From: Nitrososphaerota archaeon
Lineage (GTDB): Archaea > Thermoproteota > Nitrososphaeria_A > Caldarchaeales > Calditenuaceae
Assembly: GCA_038741355.1 (NCBI GenBank)
Contig: JAVYLC010000015.1
Location: 539-32,538 of the forward strand
Reading direction: 5' to 3'
Length of the DNA stretch: 32,000 nucleotides
Each line of letters starts with the position of its first letter. Position 1 is the first letter of the stretch. The position numbers and the translations under genes were made by a program. Positions 1 to 8,796 of the stretch are shown here, piece by piece. The notes below the pieces were generated by a model. That model was not told the DNA's origin and did not search any database. It worked only from the letters and a program-made list of their open reading frames with translations.

Positions 1-57
1 TCCTTTCATGTCTCGATATATCGTGAGCTTATGCGATATATAAGCATAATACAGCTT

Positions 58-1119
58 CTACCGGCTAAAACCAATTCCACGACAGATTATCTCCACACCC
101 TGAGCCCCCTCCCTAACCTCAAACCCTGCCCCAGTGAGGCTGCCCACCACCTCCACACCCGTGGATGCATGACTCGTCATGGCACTAGCCCTGATCTTAG
201 ACTCCCCGTCTGCAAGGGCCATCCAGATGATAAGCTGGTCTGCCAAGTGTTTATCGATAGGCGCACCCGTGGAGAGCTGGGAGAGCGCATCATCAACTGC
301 TCTCCTAGCCACCTCCTCCGCGGGGATGCCCTTCTCGCCTATCGAGTCAAAGCCCATTGTGAGGCCGTTGGAAAGCCGCGCAAATATAAAGACCCCCGTA
401 CCAGGGTCGACGGCGTTCTTTGGGTCCTGCGGTCCCAGAGACTCAGTCCTCACCACGATATCCCTGTATCCAGCCCTCCTGAGAAGAGACTCAGCGGCCC
501 CGGCCATACGCCTGACTATGTGGTCCGGGAGATTACAGCTATAGGCGTAGACCTCCAACTCTTTCAACTCCGCGTCCACGGCCTCGATGGGTTTAAGCCT
601 CTTGACAGGGTCGGTCTTAACCCTCACCACCCCTTGCCCTCTCGGATAAAATCCTCTTCTGACCAGTGTGATCTCAGCGTTAACACCCATTTTCCTCAAC
701 GCCGAAATAAGCACCTCTTGAATGTAGTCGACGGGTGGGGCTAGTGGATTGTTTGTTCCGCCCCGGAGCTCGACCTCACAGGGGCCGTCAGCGAAGCATA
801 GGACAGGTAAGAGTGACTGGAGGACTAGGGACACGCTTCCAGCGGTTCCGGTGTCGAAGAAGTATCTTCCCGCGCGGGGTTTTGACGGTCTAAAGACTAT
901 GCTGGAGGATCCGACCTTCAGCCCTTCTACCGAGCCTCCACAGACCTCTGCCACCGCCCTAATAGCTGTTATGTGCTGCGGCCTAAGGCCTGGCGGCCTA
1001 CGCTTAGCCCGGATATTGTAAATTCTCAACTCTTCTCCGAGTAGGGCGCATGTCGAGACAGCGTATCTAAGGACTTGGCCGCCGCCCTCACCTATACTGC
1101 CGTCAACGACCTTAACCAT
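58..1119 (-). CDS. rtcA: RNA 3'-terminal phosphate cyclase
   Basis: The 353 aa ORF has an N-terminus (DGSIGEGGGQVLRYAVSTCALLGEELRIYNIRAKRRPPGLRPQH) that matches the RtcA family pattern, including the conserved His in RPQH. Its length is typical for the family. Confidence 0.9.
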   Translation of the reverse strand: MVKVVDGSIGEGGGQVLRYAVSTCALLGEELRIYNIRAKRRPPGLRPQHITAIRAVAEVCGGSVEGLKVGSSSIVFRPSKPRAGRYFFDTGTAGSVSLVLQSLLPVLCFADGPCEVELRGGTNNPLAPPVDYIQEVLISALRKMGVNAEITLVRRGFYPRGQGVVRVKTDPVKRLKPIEAVDAELKELEVYAYSCNLPDHIVRRMAGAAESLLRRAGYRDIVVRTESLGPQDPKNAVDPGTGVFIFARLSNGLTMGFDSIGEKGIPAEEVARRAVDDALSQLSTGAPIDKHLADQLIIWMALADGESKIRASAMTSHASTGVEVVGSLTGAGFEVREGAQGVEIICRGIGFSR

Positions 1120-1173
1120 GCGCCCAGTACCCGTCCAACAATTTGTTGACTTATGCTATAAACCGTAGAGCAT

Positions 1174-2532
1174 CTATGCGGGTAGGCCGAGGAGCCTCAG
1201 CAAGGCCATATGCTCCTCGCTTCTCACGGGGTAGTAGATGAAGAACCACATAAGCTGGGCCCCTAAAACAATCCATACTACATAGCTTGGCATATCCCTC
1301 TTAGAGAGGATGTCGGCCACCGCTATGGAGAGGACGGGTAGGGTGAAGTAGAAGTAGAATGGGTAGACCCAGCGGCTTAAAAGATACGCGAGTGGGAAAT
1401 AGATAAGATAGTTGAACACCGCCCAGATCGTGAAGAAGGTGTCAACCGCCTCTCTCCCCGAGTGGGGGAGGCTCTTCACACTCCTAAGATGCCGTATGAT
1501 ATCTCTGAGACCGAAAGGTATTGAGTAGATTGCGGCAATCCAGAAGAGCCACCAGAGCGGGCTCTGAATACCGTAATAGAGTATGGGGTGCTGCTCTCTA
1601 CTATCGATGAGGACTGTCACAACATAGAAGCCCATTGGGCTGAATCCTCCGACTGGAAGAACCCAGTTTAGTGGCAGGTCAACTATGGTGTTTCCGCCGC
1701 TGTCCTTGTGGATGCAGTAAAGTGGGAGGTGAGGCTCCGCGCAGTTAAACTTGAGTGAGGAGTGATAGCTCAGGATAAAGTCTATGTGGGCGAATGGATT
1801 GGGATAGGCCTGAAAATGGACATCATACACCGCTAGACCCACCGTCGTAATTGCAAAGAGAAACAGACTGTAGAATACTACATGCCTTGTCAAATGCGAA
1901 ATCCGATCAGCTGCATCTCTGTCGGACCTACTTATGATAAGAGCGTCATAAATGATGATTCCTAAGGCCGTGAACAATGCGGACGTCTTCGATAATATAG
2001 AGACAGCGAGGGCAATTGTCCCCAAATAGCGTCGTCCAGCTATGAAGAGGTAGGAGCCGGCCAGTGCGAAGAAGAGTGAGGGCGCGTCTAGAATGGCTAT
2101 TGAGGAGATGTTAAAACTTGTTACGTCTAGCGCGAAGAGGAGGACGGATATGAGGGCCGCCTTCCAATCCCCAATCAGTCTGCGAGCCAGTAGATATAAT
2201 ACTGGAAGAGTGAGTGTCCCGCTGATTACTGAGGGGAGCCGCCAGGCCAGGGGGGTGTCTCCGAGAGCAAGTATGGAATACATTATAAGATATTTTGCGA
2301 GTGGTGGATGCTCATTATTCGCGGCTTCACCATTAATCATCTTCCTCACCGCTCTGACATAGTGCGCTTCGTCGAAGACGAATCCACATCCCGAGGTCTG
2401 TTCTATGCATTCCTGTGGGGGTCTCTCTGGTGAAGGCGTATTAATTATGGATAGTTTCAGAACAATGTAAATTATCGTAAGCACTAACACGATAGTCTTT
2501 GGCTGGCTAAGCTTGGAAAGCCACGAACGCAT
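1174..2532 (-). CDS. GT-C fold glycosyltransferase, family 39 / PMT-like (dolichyl-phosphate-mannose protein mannosyltransferase-like)
   Basis: The 452 aa protein is multi-pass and hydrophobic. It carries FVFDEAHYV in the first loop after TM1, which resembles the PMT/GT39 DE motif (VFDEVHF). Confidence 0.7.
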   Translation of the reverse strand: MRSWLSKLSQPKTIVLVLTIIYIVLKLSIINTPSPERPPQECIEQTSGCGFVFDEAHYVRAVRKMINGEAANNEHPPLAKYLIMYSILALGDTPLAWRLPSVISGTLTLPVLYLLARRLIGDWKAALISVLLFALDVTSFNISSIAILDAPSLFFALAGSYLFIAGRRYLGTIALAVSILSKTSALFTALGIIIYDALIISRSDRDAADRISHLTRHVVFYSLFLFAITTVGLAVYDVHFQAYPNPFAHIDFILSYHSSLKFNCAEPHLPLYCIHKDSGGNTIVDLPLNWVLPVGGFSPMGFYVVTVLIDSREQHPILYYGIQSPLWWLFWIAAIYSIPFGLRDIIRHLRSVKSLPHSGREAVDTFFTIWAVFNYLIYFPLAYLLSRWVYPFYFYFTLPVLSIAVADILSKRDMPSYVVWIVLGAQLMWFFIYYPVRSEEHMALLRLLGLPA

Positions 2533-2541
2533 GGTTCTACA

Positions 2542-2805
2542 CTACCGTCTTAGAGTGATCTCTATAAAGCTGATATTCCGCGGCTTATTGTCCACCACGA
2601 TCGTCTCTGTGCCGATGTTTATGCTCTCAATCTGAATATCTGTGACAAAACCCCTTCTCAAGGTATTTACCACGTCTACGCATGAGCTTATCCTCCGTCC
2701 CCTAGCCCTCAAGACCACCCTGTCACTACCTCTATTGAACGTTGTTAGGCAGGCCGTAACATAGCTTAGGATCGGCTTCTTGCCTATTATTACTTGGGCA
2801 ACCAA
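2542..2805 (-). CDS. albA: DNA/RNA-binding protein Alba (Sso10b family)
   Basis: The 87 aa protein (IGKKPILSYVTACLTTFNRGSDRVVLRARGRRISSCVDVVNTLRR...ISFIEITLRR) follows the Alba pattern (IGKKP..Y......., ARG.AIS.AVDV). The start codon is TTG. Confidence 0.9.
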   Translation of the reverse strand: MVAQVIIGKKPILSYVTACLTTFNRGSDRVVLRARGRRISSCVDVVNTLRRGFVTDIQIESINIGTETIVVDNKPRNISFIEITLRR

Positions 2806-2865
2806 CTGGCTTGTAATACTTCACTGTCAGTTTAGATATAACGATTTCCCTTGTTGGGACCGTCT

Positions 2866-4635
2866 CTAGAGGAGCGTGGCAAGGACGAAACCAATTATTG
2901 CGGAACCTATGAGGCCGGATAAATAGACCATGGCGTGACGTCTTACTCGGGTAGCTAGCTTTTCGAATAGCTCCTCCGTGAATAGTCTGACGCCCTCGTG
3001 CTTAATCCTTACATAGGCGGCTTCCACCTCCTCAGCTGACGTGGAGGCCTCAGATGAGAGCTTCTCAAAGATGCTTACGATCTCTTCTCGCGAAGTGTTT
3101 TCTCCTACCGGATAGTATCCCCGCCCCCCTAACACGACCCCGTTCACAGAATGTGTATCCGTCGTCAATATCTCTACTGCGTGCCAGCCCATGCTCATAA
3201 GTCTCTGTCGCAGGGTGTCGGTTACCCATGGCATTGCGTTGTTTCCGTCTATGACGCCTAGTGCCGCCTTGTGGCCGTTTATTTTGAGGGCCACGAATGA
3301 GTAGCCACACGGGCCTATACCTCTCCGCGGCTCATGGTCTCCAAACCCCGCCCTACATATAGAGAGCTGTAGTCTGCCACGTGAGGACTCGTCAGCGCCG
3401 TTAACTCTTTTTAGAAGGTTTTGGATGTCTGCAAGGTCGTCGGGGCTGAGCCTCTTAAATCTAGAGGAGAAGGAGTTGTGCGGGTCAATCACAGAGGTGT
3501 TGAGCTCGTCCGCGAAGGTGGCTATCTCTTCGGGGATATCCTCCATGGGCTCTGGGTGGAGGCTAATTATTGCGGCCCTCCTACCCGCCAGCTCTAGCAT
3601 GAAGCCCCCCGCTCTTCCAATTCTCATCCATGTCCACAGGCCGGCCTCATCACTCCACCCATCCTTGACACCACATATTCCCGCTATAACTTCTTCCGCA
3701 ACTCGCTCAGCGTCGCGGCTGGCTATTATATCTGATTTATGGGTTGTGCATCCCTTCACTGTGACGGCTGTAACCCCCCTTTTAGCCGCCTTAGACTCTA
3801 TCAACCAGTTAAGCATCGAGCTACCCATCCTTCTAAACGGGCCCATATGGAACCCCAAAATGACTAGTGCTGACAGCCTCCCAGTCCTCTTGCCTCTAAA
3901 CACAAATGCCTCAGTAACACGCTCACCGACCTTTCCAAGTCTATATAGCGTATCCTCCAGAATCCTTGGATTACCTTCAAGCATAAGCCTCGTCAAGCCT
4001 CTTGACAGCCTTATAGATGAGACACCGTCCCCATCCGGGAGGCCTAGAAAGAAGAGTGTTGAAGCAGCAACTACTGCTCCTAGAAGCGGACTAGCCAGAA
4101 CTATGCCGGGTAGTGGTGCCTCCAATGCGAGAGTGACGAATAGGGCCGCGAGGAAAGGCTCCACCAGCGCCCAAGTGGCGATGAGTAGTCCCCGATCCCC
4201 GTCTATCACCCATGTAAGTGTGAGCCTGATGAAGGTGGTTATGGTAAGTGAGGAGGTGAGTAGAGGGATAAGAATGGTCAGGCCCATGGCCGTGGAGAGG
4301 TATCCGAGGAGGAGCGACGCGATGATGAAGTAGTTTGAGAGGAGGGTCAGCTGGCAGAGACGTCTGAAAGTCGAGTGGAGCGGAAGACCATGGAAAATAT
4401 TCACGGATATGGCTGCGAGAAGTAGGGGCAAGACTGCGAAGCCAGCAACACTATAGAGCATTGACTGTAAGTTTTTCCCGCTGAGGTAGCCTGTGAGGAT
4501 TCCTAGGATGCCAGCCGTAGCTACAGTCAATATTACTGGGTGGTGGCTTCCAGGAACCCTGAATATGTACTTGTATCTCGAGGCAAGGTAGTCGGCGGGA
4601 TCTTCCATTTCAAACTGATGAGGCCGCGGCCTCAT
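2866..4635 (-). CDS. Large membrane protein, DUF2070-like (N-terminal multi-TM region plus soluble C-terminal region)
   Basis: The 589 aa ORF has about 7 hydrophobic helices in the first 200 aa, a long soluble domain and a C-terminal TM. The architecture and size resemble the archaeal DUF2070 family as I remember it; this was not checked by search. Confidence 0.55.
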   Translation of the reverse strand: MRPRPHQFEMEDPADYLASRYKYIFRVPGSHHPVILTVATAGILGILTGYLSGKNLQSMLYSVAGFAVLPLLLAAISVNIFHGLPLHSTFRRLCQLTLLSNYFIIASLLLGYLSTAMGLTILIPLLTSSLTITTFIRLTLTWVIDGDRGLLIATWALVEPFLAALFVTLALEAPLPGIVLASPLLGAVVAASTLFFLGLPDGDGVSSIRLSRGLTRLMLEGNPRILEDTLYRLGKVGERVTEAFVFRGKRTGRLSALVILGFHMGPFRRMGSSMLNWLIESKAAKRGVTAVTVKGCTTHKSDIIASRDAERVAEEVIAGICGVKDGWSDEAGLWTWMRIGRAGGFMLELAGRRAAIISLHPEPMEDIPEEIATFADELNTSVIDPHNSFSSRFKRLSPDDLADIQNLLKRVNGADESSRGRLQLSICRAGFGDHEPRRGIGPCGYSFVALKINGHKAALGVIDGNNAMPWVTDTLRQRLMSMGWHAVEILTTDTHSVNGVVLGGRGYYPVGENTSREEIVSIFEKLSSEASTSAEEVEAAYVRIKHEGVRLFTEELFEKLATRVRRHAMVYLSGLIGSAIIGFVLATLL

Positions 4636-4656
4636 AAAAACCCTGTCACCGCCCCC

Positions 4657-5667
4657 TCAAGGCAGGATCTCCTCGAGGCTGCTAGCCCCCATACTGGCCA
4701 GTATCTTGGCTAAGTCGGTGATTAACTGTCTGACGACACGGGGTCCGCGGTAGGCTAGCGCTGTGTAGATCTGAATCGTTGATGCTCCGAGTCTAAAGGC
4801 TTGTAAAGCATCCTCTGCGGTGAAGATGCCTCCGACAGCATTTATCTCGCAATTGTCTCCAACAATATTGCGCAACTCCCTAAGCGTCTCCAGCATGTAG
4901 GGATTTAATGGTCTCCCGCTGAGTCCCCCGAACCCTGTCGAGAGCCGGGCCTCGCTGACTGGCAGTGTGTTGACGGCGGTAATGCTCTCTAGTCCCCTGT
5001 CAACCCAGATCTTTACAGCTCTCAAGACGTGGCTCCTCAGCTCCGCCCGCGCTAGTGGCGGTATCTTAAGCGATAGAGGACACCACTTAACGCTAACAAG
5101 CATCTCGACGAGGCGGCTAAACCCCTCCTCAGACCATATCGTAGTAGCATCGCGGAGGCTCGGTGAGCTTAGATTCACCTCAACCCCTGCGACCACCCCT
5201 CTCAGCCTCTCATAGCAGGTAACGATTTCCTGTGGGTCTGCTCCAGCGATGCTCGCGACCACCGGGACACCGGCCAGAGGCGCACCAGTCGACAAATTCT
5301 TGGCGAAGACTTCTATGCCAGGGTTTGGAAGACCCATAGCGTTTACGAGGGCCTCACCTCGCTTCCTAACTATTCTCGGCCTCTTGTTCCCCGGCTTAGG
5401 GTTTAGCGTAACCGAGCCCGCCACCAAGTACCCGAACCCGAGGCTAGACAGGTGCGCTACGCTCTCACCCGTCTTGTCGAAGCCGGCTGCGAGGCCTATA
5501 GGTGGGGCGAGCCTGCCGAGCCATGTCTTAAGTTGGACTCCCTCAGGAGGCTCAAACCTTCCTGGTCTTAGGAGCCTGACCAGCCTTAAACCGGCCCTGT
5601 GGGCATCCTCGGCTGGTAAGAGTCTTAGAAGCCTGTGAGCCAGGCTTGGTAGTATTGGCCCAGACAC
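4657..5667 (-). CDS. pyrD: Dihydroorotate dehydrogenase (class 2-like)
   Basis: The motifs GLAAGFDKTGE, GFGYLVAGSVTLNPKPGNKRPRIVR and LVNAMGLPNPGIE are characteristic of DHODH. The protein is 336 aa. Confidence 0.85.
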   Translation of the reverse strand: MSGPILPSLAHRLLRLLPAEDAHRAGLRLVRLLRPGRFEPPEGVQLKTWLGRLAPPIGLAAGFDKTGESVAHLSSLGFGYLVAGSVTLNPKPGNKRPRIVRKRGEALVNAMGLPNPGIEVFAKNLSTGAPLAGVPVVASIAGADPQEIVTCYERLRGVVAGVEVNLSSPSLRDATTIWSEEGFSRLVEMLVSVKWCPLSLKIPPLARAELRSHVLRAVKIWVDRGLESITAVNTLPVSEARLSTGFGGLSGRPLNPYMLETLRELRNIVGDNCEINAVGGIFTAEDALQAFRLGASTIQIYTALAYRGPRVVRQLITDLAKILASMGASSLEEILP

Positions 5668-5758
5668 GCCAGAGGATATTGTTGCGTAGCCTCTATTTAT
5701 TCGAGGGCATTGCGTAGAGCTCAGCGGGGCTATCAGCCGAGGCTATTATCCTCCCACT

Positions 5759-6148
5759 CTAGGGGCAGTATGAGCCGACGGTGTCGACCCAATAGTCGAG
5801 CTCACTCTCCACATAGCTTGGAAGACCATCACACAGCTCTATCGAAAACTCAGCCAACCTGACCGTGTCGGGGTGGAGGTGCCAGCTCCACGGCCAGTTA
5901 AAACCCCCATCTCCACGCTCAAGCTCACCAATTGGAAAGAGACGATTCAACCCCCTCATATTATCTTCAGCCAGCCTTATCGTCTCCGCATCCGTTACAT
6001 AGATGACGAATCGCTCACCCAACACGTCGACCAGAAAATACCTGCCCCCTCTCCGCCCTCCCCCTGCCAGTAGAGGAGAGAAAATCAGCAGCGCTATTAC
6101 AGAAACAGCAAGGACTGCGATAAGGAGAGCTAGGAAGACTCGACGCAA
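5759..6148 (-). CDS. Hypothetical membrane-anchored or secreted protein
   Basis: The 129 aa ORF has an N-terminal hydrophobic helix (VFLALLIAVLAVSVIALLIF) followed by a soluble domain with two Cys near the C-terminus. I did not recognise a family with confidence. Confidence 0.5.
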   Translation of the reverse strand: MRRVFLALLIAVLAVSVIALLIFSPLLAGGGRRGGRYFLVDVLGERFVIYVTDAETIRLAEDNMRGLNRLFPIGELERGDGGFNWPWSWHLHPDTVRLAEFSIELCDGLPSYVESELDYWVDTVGSYCP

Positions 6149-6201
6149 AGCCTAGACCTAAAAACGCTCGGACAATATTTATTGGTTTGCTATACAGCCG
6201 T

Positions 6202-6465
6202 CTAGTACAACCTGTCCCACTCCTTCACCACGTATCTTCGGAGCCTATACTTCACATAAGGGTCAGACTCCACTATAGACTTGGCCTCCTCGATATCTTT
6301 AGCCTCCAGTATGTAGAGGCCCCCGCTGCCGTCTTTAAACCGTCCGGAGGCAAAGAGGATTCCGCGGGACTTGAGGGATGCTAGATGATCGAGGTGCGAC
6401 TGCCTCTGGCTCTGTGTGGGCTCCACCCCCGCTATGGTCTCGAGCAGGACAACGAAGTATGGCAT
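6202..6465 (-). CDS. YciI-like (YCII-related) small protein
   Basis: The 87 aa protein (MPYFVVLLE...HLDHLASLKSRGILFASGRFKDGSGGLYILEAKDIEEAKSIVESDPY) follows the YciI family pattern (H..HL, G.. G, DPF/Y). Confidence 0.75.
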   Translation of the reverse strand: MPYFVVLLETIAGVEPTQSQRQSHLDHLASLKSRGILFASGRFKDGSGGLYILEAKDIEEAKSIVESDPYVKYRLRRYVVKEWDRLY

Positions 6466-6526
6466 TCTCTCGGCCTCAATGAGTTGTGGAGAGGGCTTAA
6501 TTTAAATGCTATTTCATAGATTTAGG

Positions 6527-7045
6527 TTAGATCTCCATGAAGACAGTTATTGAATCACCTGTCTTTGAATAGATTTTGAGCGGGCTTGTCTTTGCACCAT
6601 CCATCCCCGGTGACCCCTGCAGCATTCCCGGGAGGGCGATGCCCTCCACATTAGGCCGCTCCTCCAGAAGTTTCGAAATGGCCTCTAGGGGGACGTGCCC
6701 CTCGACGAAATAGCTCTCCACAACCGAAGTGTGGCAGCTAAACAGCCGGCTCGGTATACCGAGCTTCTTCCTCAAATCCTGCAACCCCTGCTGATCCACT
6801 ATCATCGTCTGCACCTCGACCCCCTTACTCTTCAGATAGTTTTCATAACTTTCACAACAGTCACAGAGCGAGGTTCTATACAGCTTCACCACAGGGTAAG
6901 CTCTGCCCGTATCAGCCTGACTCTCACCGTTAGTCGGACCCTGATTAAGGATAACAATCACTGCCAAGAATAGCGTTATTATGCTGGCGATGATGGCGTA
7001 TAGTCGAGTGTTACTCTTTCCACGGTCTTTTCTCTTTCTTACCAT
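6527..7045 (-). CDS. DUF411 / CopG-like metal (copper)-binding protein with N-terminal membrane anchor
   Basis: YRTSLCDCCESY...SCHTSVVESYFVEGHVPLEAISKLLEERP...GIALPGMLQGSPGMDG closely matches the DUF411 signature (C.CC, SCHT..V.GY.IEGHVP, GLAVPGMP.GSPGME). Confidence 0.85.
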   Translation of the reverse strand: MVRKRKDRGKSNTRLYAIIASIITLFLAVIVILNQGPTNGESQADTGRAYPVVKLYRTSLCDCCESYENYLKSKGVEVQTMIVDQQGLQDLRKKLGIPSRLFSCHTSVVESYFVEGHVPLEAISKLLEERPNVEGIALPGMLQGSPGMDGAKTSPLKIYSKTGDSITVFMEI

Positions 7046-7050
7046 TTGTA

Positions 7051-7500
7051 TTATCCCTTTTCAGCCGGTGTCTTCCAAGTGAGTGCAAGAATGCCTCCCA
7101 CTATCCCCAGAAGAGATCCCACGATGAAGCCGCCAAACCCTACAAGCCCGACCAGCGAGAATACGAGTATAATGGCTCCCCAGACCTGCGATAGTTTTGG
7201 ATCGCTGAAGATAGCTAGGGCTCCGATTATAATCACAGCGCCTGAGGCTATTCCTATAATCGCGGGAATCCACCACATCCATGGCATCCACCACATCATC
7301 ATAGGCATCATCATGCCACGCCATCCGTTCCAGCTGGGATAATATGCCCAGGTTAGAGCAATGGCGCCTCCGATGAGCATCAACACCCCTGCGGCTATAG
7401 AAAGTATGAAGGCGGCTACCGGTTTATTCCCTTGACTCAATGCTCCTCTCCACCTAGCTCCAACTCCCTGATAAACGTTCCATGCCACGAGTGATACCAC
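7051..7500 (-). CDS. Met/Trp-rich integral membrane protein (unknown family)
   Basis: The 149 aa protein has about 4 TM helices and a loop NGWRGMMMPMMMWWMPWMWW. Its 5' end overlaps the upstream gene by 64 nt, so the true start may be internal. It lies 5 nt upstream of the DUF411 gene on the same strand. Confidence 0.6.
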   Translation of the reverse strand: MVSLVAWNVYQGVGARWRGALSQGNKPVAAFILSIAAGVLMLIGGAIALTWAYYPSWNGWRGMMMPMMMWWMPWMWWIPAIIGIASGAVIIIGALAIFSDPKLSQVWGAIILVFSLVGLVGFGGFIVGSLLGIVGGILALTWKTPAEKG

Positions 7501-8156
7501 AGGTCCCCCGTGTAGCCGTTTACGCTGAGCATTCCGTGCACCTCGCCGTTTAGCTTATAGTCCATGGTGTAGTAGCCGTAAAACCTTGTAGGCTCCATCA
7601 CCTCCACTACTCCATCATATCTTCGGGAGAGATAGTCTTGGGCCAGCCGCATAGCCTCATCTGGGCTAACAGGCATGTCAGCTGAAGGCTCTAAGCTCTG
7701 CCCCATCATTGAGTAATGCATCCCATACTTCCTGTTCCACATCATGTTAGGCCCAGGCTCAGGAGAAACAGAGCCCGTATATGGGTCGACAAGCAGTTCA
7801 AATGCGCCTATACCAGAATCCTCCTCAATAACGATGGCGTAGAAATTGTTCTCAAACTCCATTATCTCATGTATTCTAAATCCTGGCCCGTATCTTGTGG
7901 AGACGTAGTCCTCGACCAACTCGAGCGCCCGCTCGATGCTTATTCTAGCTCCTCCTGTAGACGATGTTTGACCCCACATCCACGGGCATCCACCCATCAT
8001 CCAACCACCCATGCCGTAACTAGGAGGCGCCACATTCTGCGGATAAGGGGCCATCGTCCCCCTCCTCCAAAAATCATAGACGGCTACAGCGCTAACAGTC
8101 GCCACTACTAGTACGGCAGCTAAAGCTACTACGGTGATTAAAACCGATCTTACCAT
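7437..8156 (-). CDS. Secreted or membrane-anchored protein with two PepSY-like repeats and a Met/Trp/Gly-rich segment
   Basis: The 239 aa protein has an N-terminal signal/anchor, then YGMGGWMMGGCPWMWGQ, then two similar modules (ISIERALELVEDYVSTRYG... and VSPDEAMRLAQDYLSRRYDG...) of PepSY-like appearance. Confidence 0.6.
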   Translation of the reverse strand: MVRSVLITVVALAAVLVVATVSAVAVYDFWRRGTMAPYPQNVAPPSYGMGGWMMGGCPWMWGQTSSTGGARISIERALELVEDYVSTRYGPGFRIHEIMEFENNFYAIVIEEDSGIGAFELLVDPYTGSVSPEPGPNMMWNRKYGMHYSMMGQSLEPSADMPVSPDEAMRLAQDYLSRRYDGVVEVMEPTRFYGYYTMDYKLNGEVHGMLSVNGYTGDLWYHSWHGTFIRELELGGEEH

Positions 8157-8165
8157 ACCTTAACA

Positions 8166-8192
8166 CCTACCACATAAAATATTGGTGGGAGG
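8166..8192. promoter_or_regulatory. Imperfect inverted repeat (CCTACCAC / GTGGGAGG, 7 of 8) bracketing an A/T-rich TATA-like core ATAAAATATT
   Basis: I read this directly from the sequence. It lies 10-36 nt upstream of the start codon at 8156 of the minus-strand operon, in the divergent intergenic region shared with the wHTH gene. Confidence 0.3.
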
Positions 8193-8303
8193 TGAGAAAT
8201 AGGGATATCTTGAAACGGTCATGAAACAGTGAAATCCTTAATAAGTGATTGCTCGTGTCAGCATGTAACGCTTAAATAGGCTGCTACGAGAGTTAAACCT
8301 GTA

Positions 8304-8795
8304 TTGGCTCTTAGACGCCACGGCAGGGTTCTGGGCCTTACGATGGCCGCCCTCGGCGTATTCTTATTCCTAATCACGCTCTTCAGTCTATGGCAGCATA
8401 ACAATATTGTGAGCCGATTTATGAGGGGTATAACCGGCATGCCTATGCACGAGTCGATGATACTCTGGATAAGCGTCCCGATAATCGCGGCATCTCTCAT
8501 GCTTATCATAGCCGCCATCGCCATCTTTCAAGTGCAGCAGAACAGAGTAAGTATTGATGTGATGGGGCTGAATGATAGAGAGAGCATGGTCGTCAAATAT
8601 CTGATAGGGCGTGGAGGAGTAGCGGAGCAGAGGGAGATAGCCAAGGGGCTTGGGCTCACGCGGCTCCAAACCCACAGGATAATCGCATCGCTGAGAAATA
8701 GAAATATTGTAGATGTGGAGCGCTATGGCAGAACAAATGTGGTAAGGCTTAAAGCCGACAAGATAAAGCAGTTAGGCGAACCCTCTCTTAATTAA
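8304..8795 (+). CDS. Membrane-anchored winged-helix (MarR/ArsR-like) transcriptional regulator
   Basis: Two N-terminal TM helices are followed by RESMVVKYLIGRGGVAEQREIAKGLGLTRLQTHRIIASLRNRNIVDVERYGRTNVVRL, a typical wHTH. The gene is divergent from the 8156..6527 operon. An alternative ATG start lies at 8343. Confidence 0.7.
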   Translation: MALRRHGRVLGLTMAALGVFLFLITLFSLWQHNNIVSRFMRGITGMPMHESMILWISVPIIAASLMLIIAAIAIFQVQQNRVSIDVMGLNDRESMVVKYLIGRGGVAEQREIAKGLGLTRLQTHRIIASLRNRNIVDVERYGRTNVVRLKADKIKQLGEPSLN

Positions 8796-8796
8796 A

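Noticed and set aside
31-744. Long ORFs antisense to confident genes. Examples are 31..744+ and 179..544+ (vs rtcA), 3425..4333+ (vs the DUF2070-like gene), 5249..5638+ (vs pyrD), 14311..14931- (vs the VWA gene), 15674..16030- (vs moeA), 24479..24855- (vs the methyltransferase) and 28788..29085+ (vs the hypothetical gene).
   Set aside because: These are shadow ORFs with S/P/R/L-rich, low-complexity translations and no recognisable motifs. Each is fully contained within a gene that has clear family signatures on the other strand.
7046-7342. ORFs 7046..7342+ and 7061..7324- overlapping the Met/Trp-rich membrane protein gene.
   Set aside because: The biased composition of the Met/Trp/Gly-rich gene keeps alternative frames open. 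Their translations (for example HHIHGIHHIIIGIIM) mirror the repeat and lack a start context.
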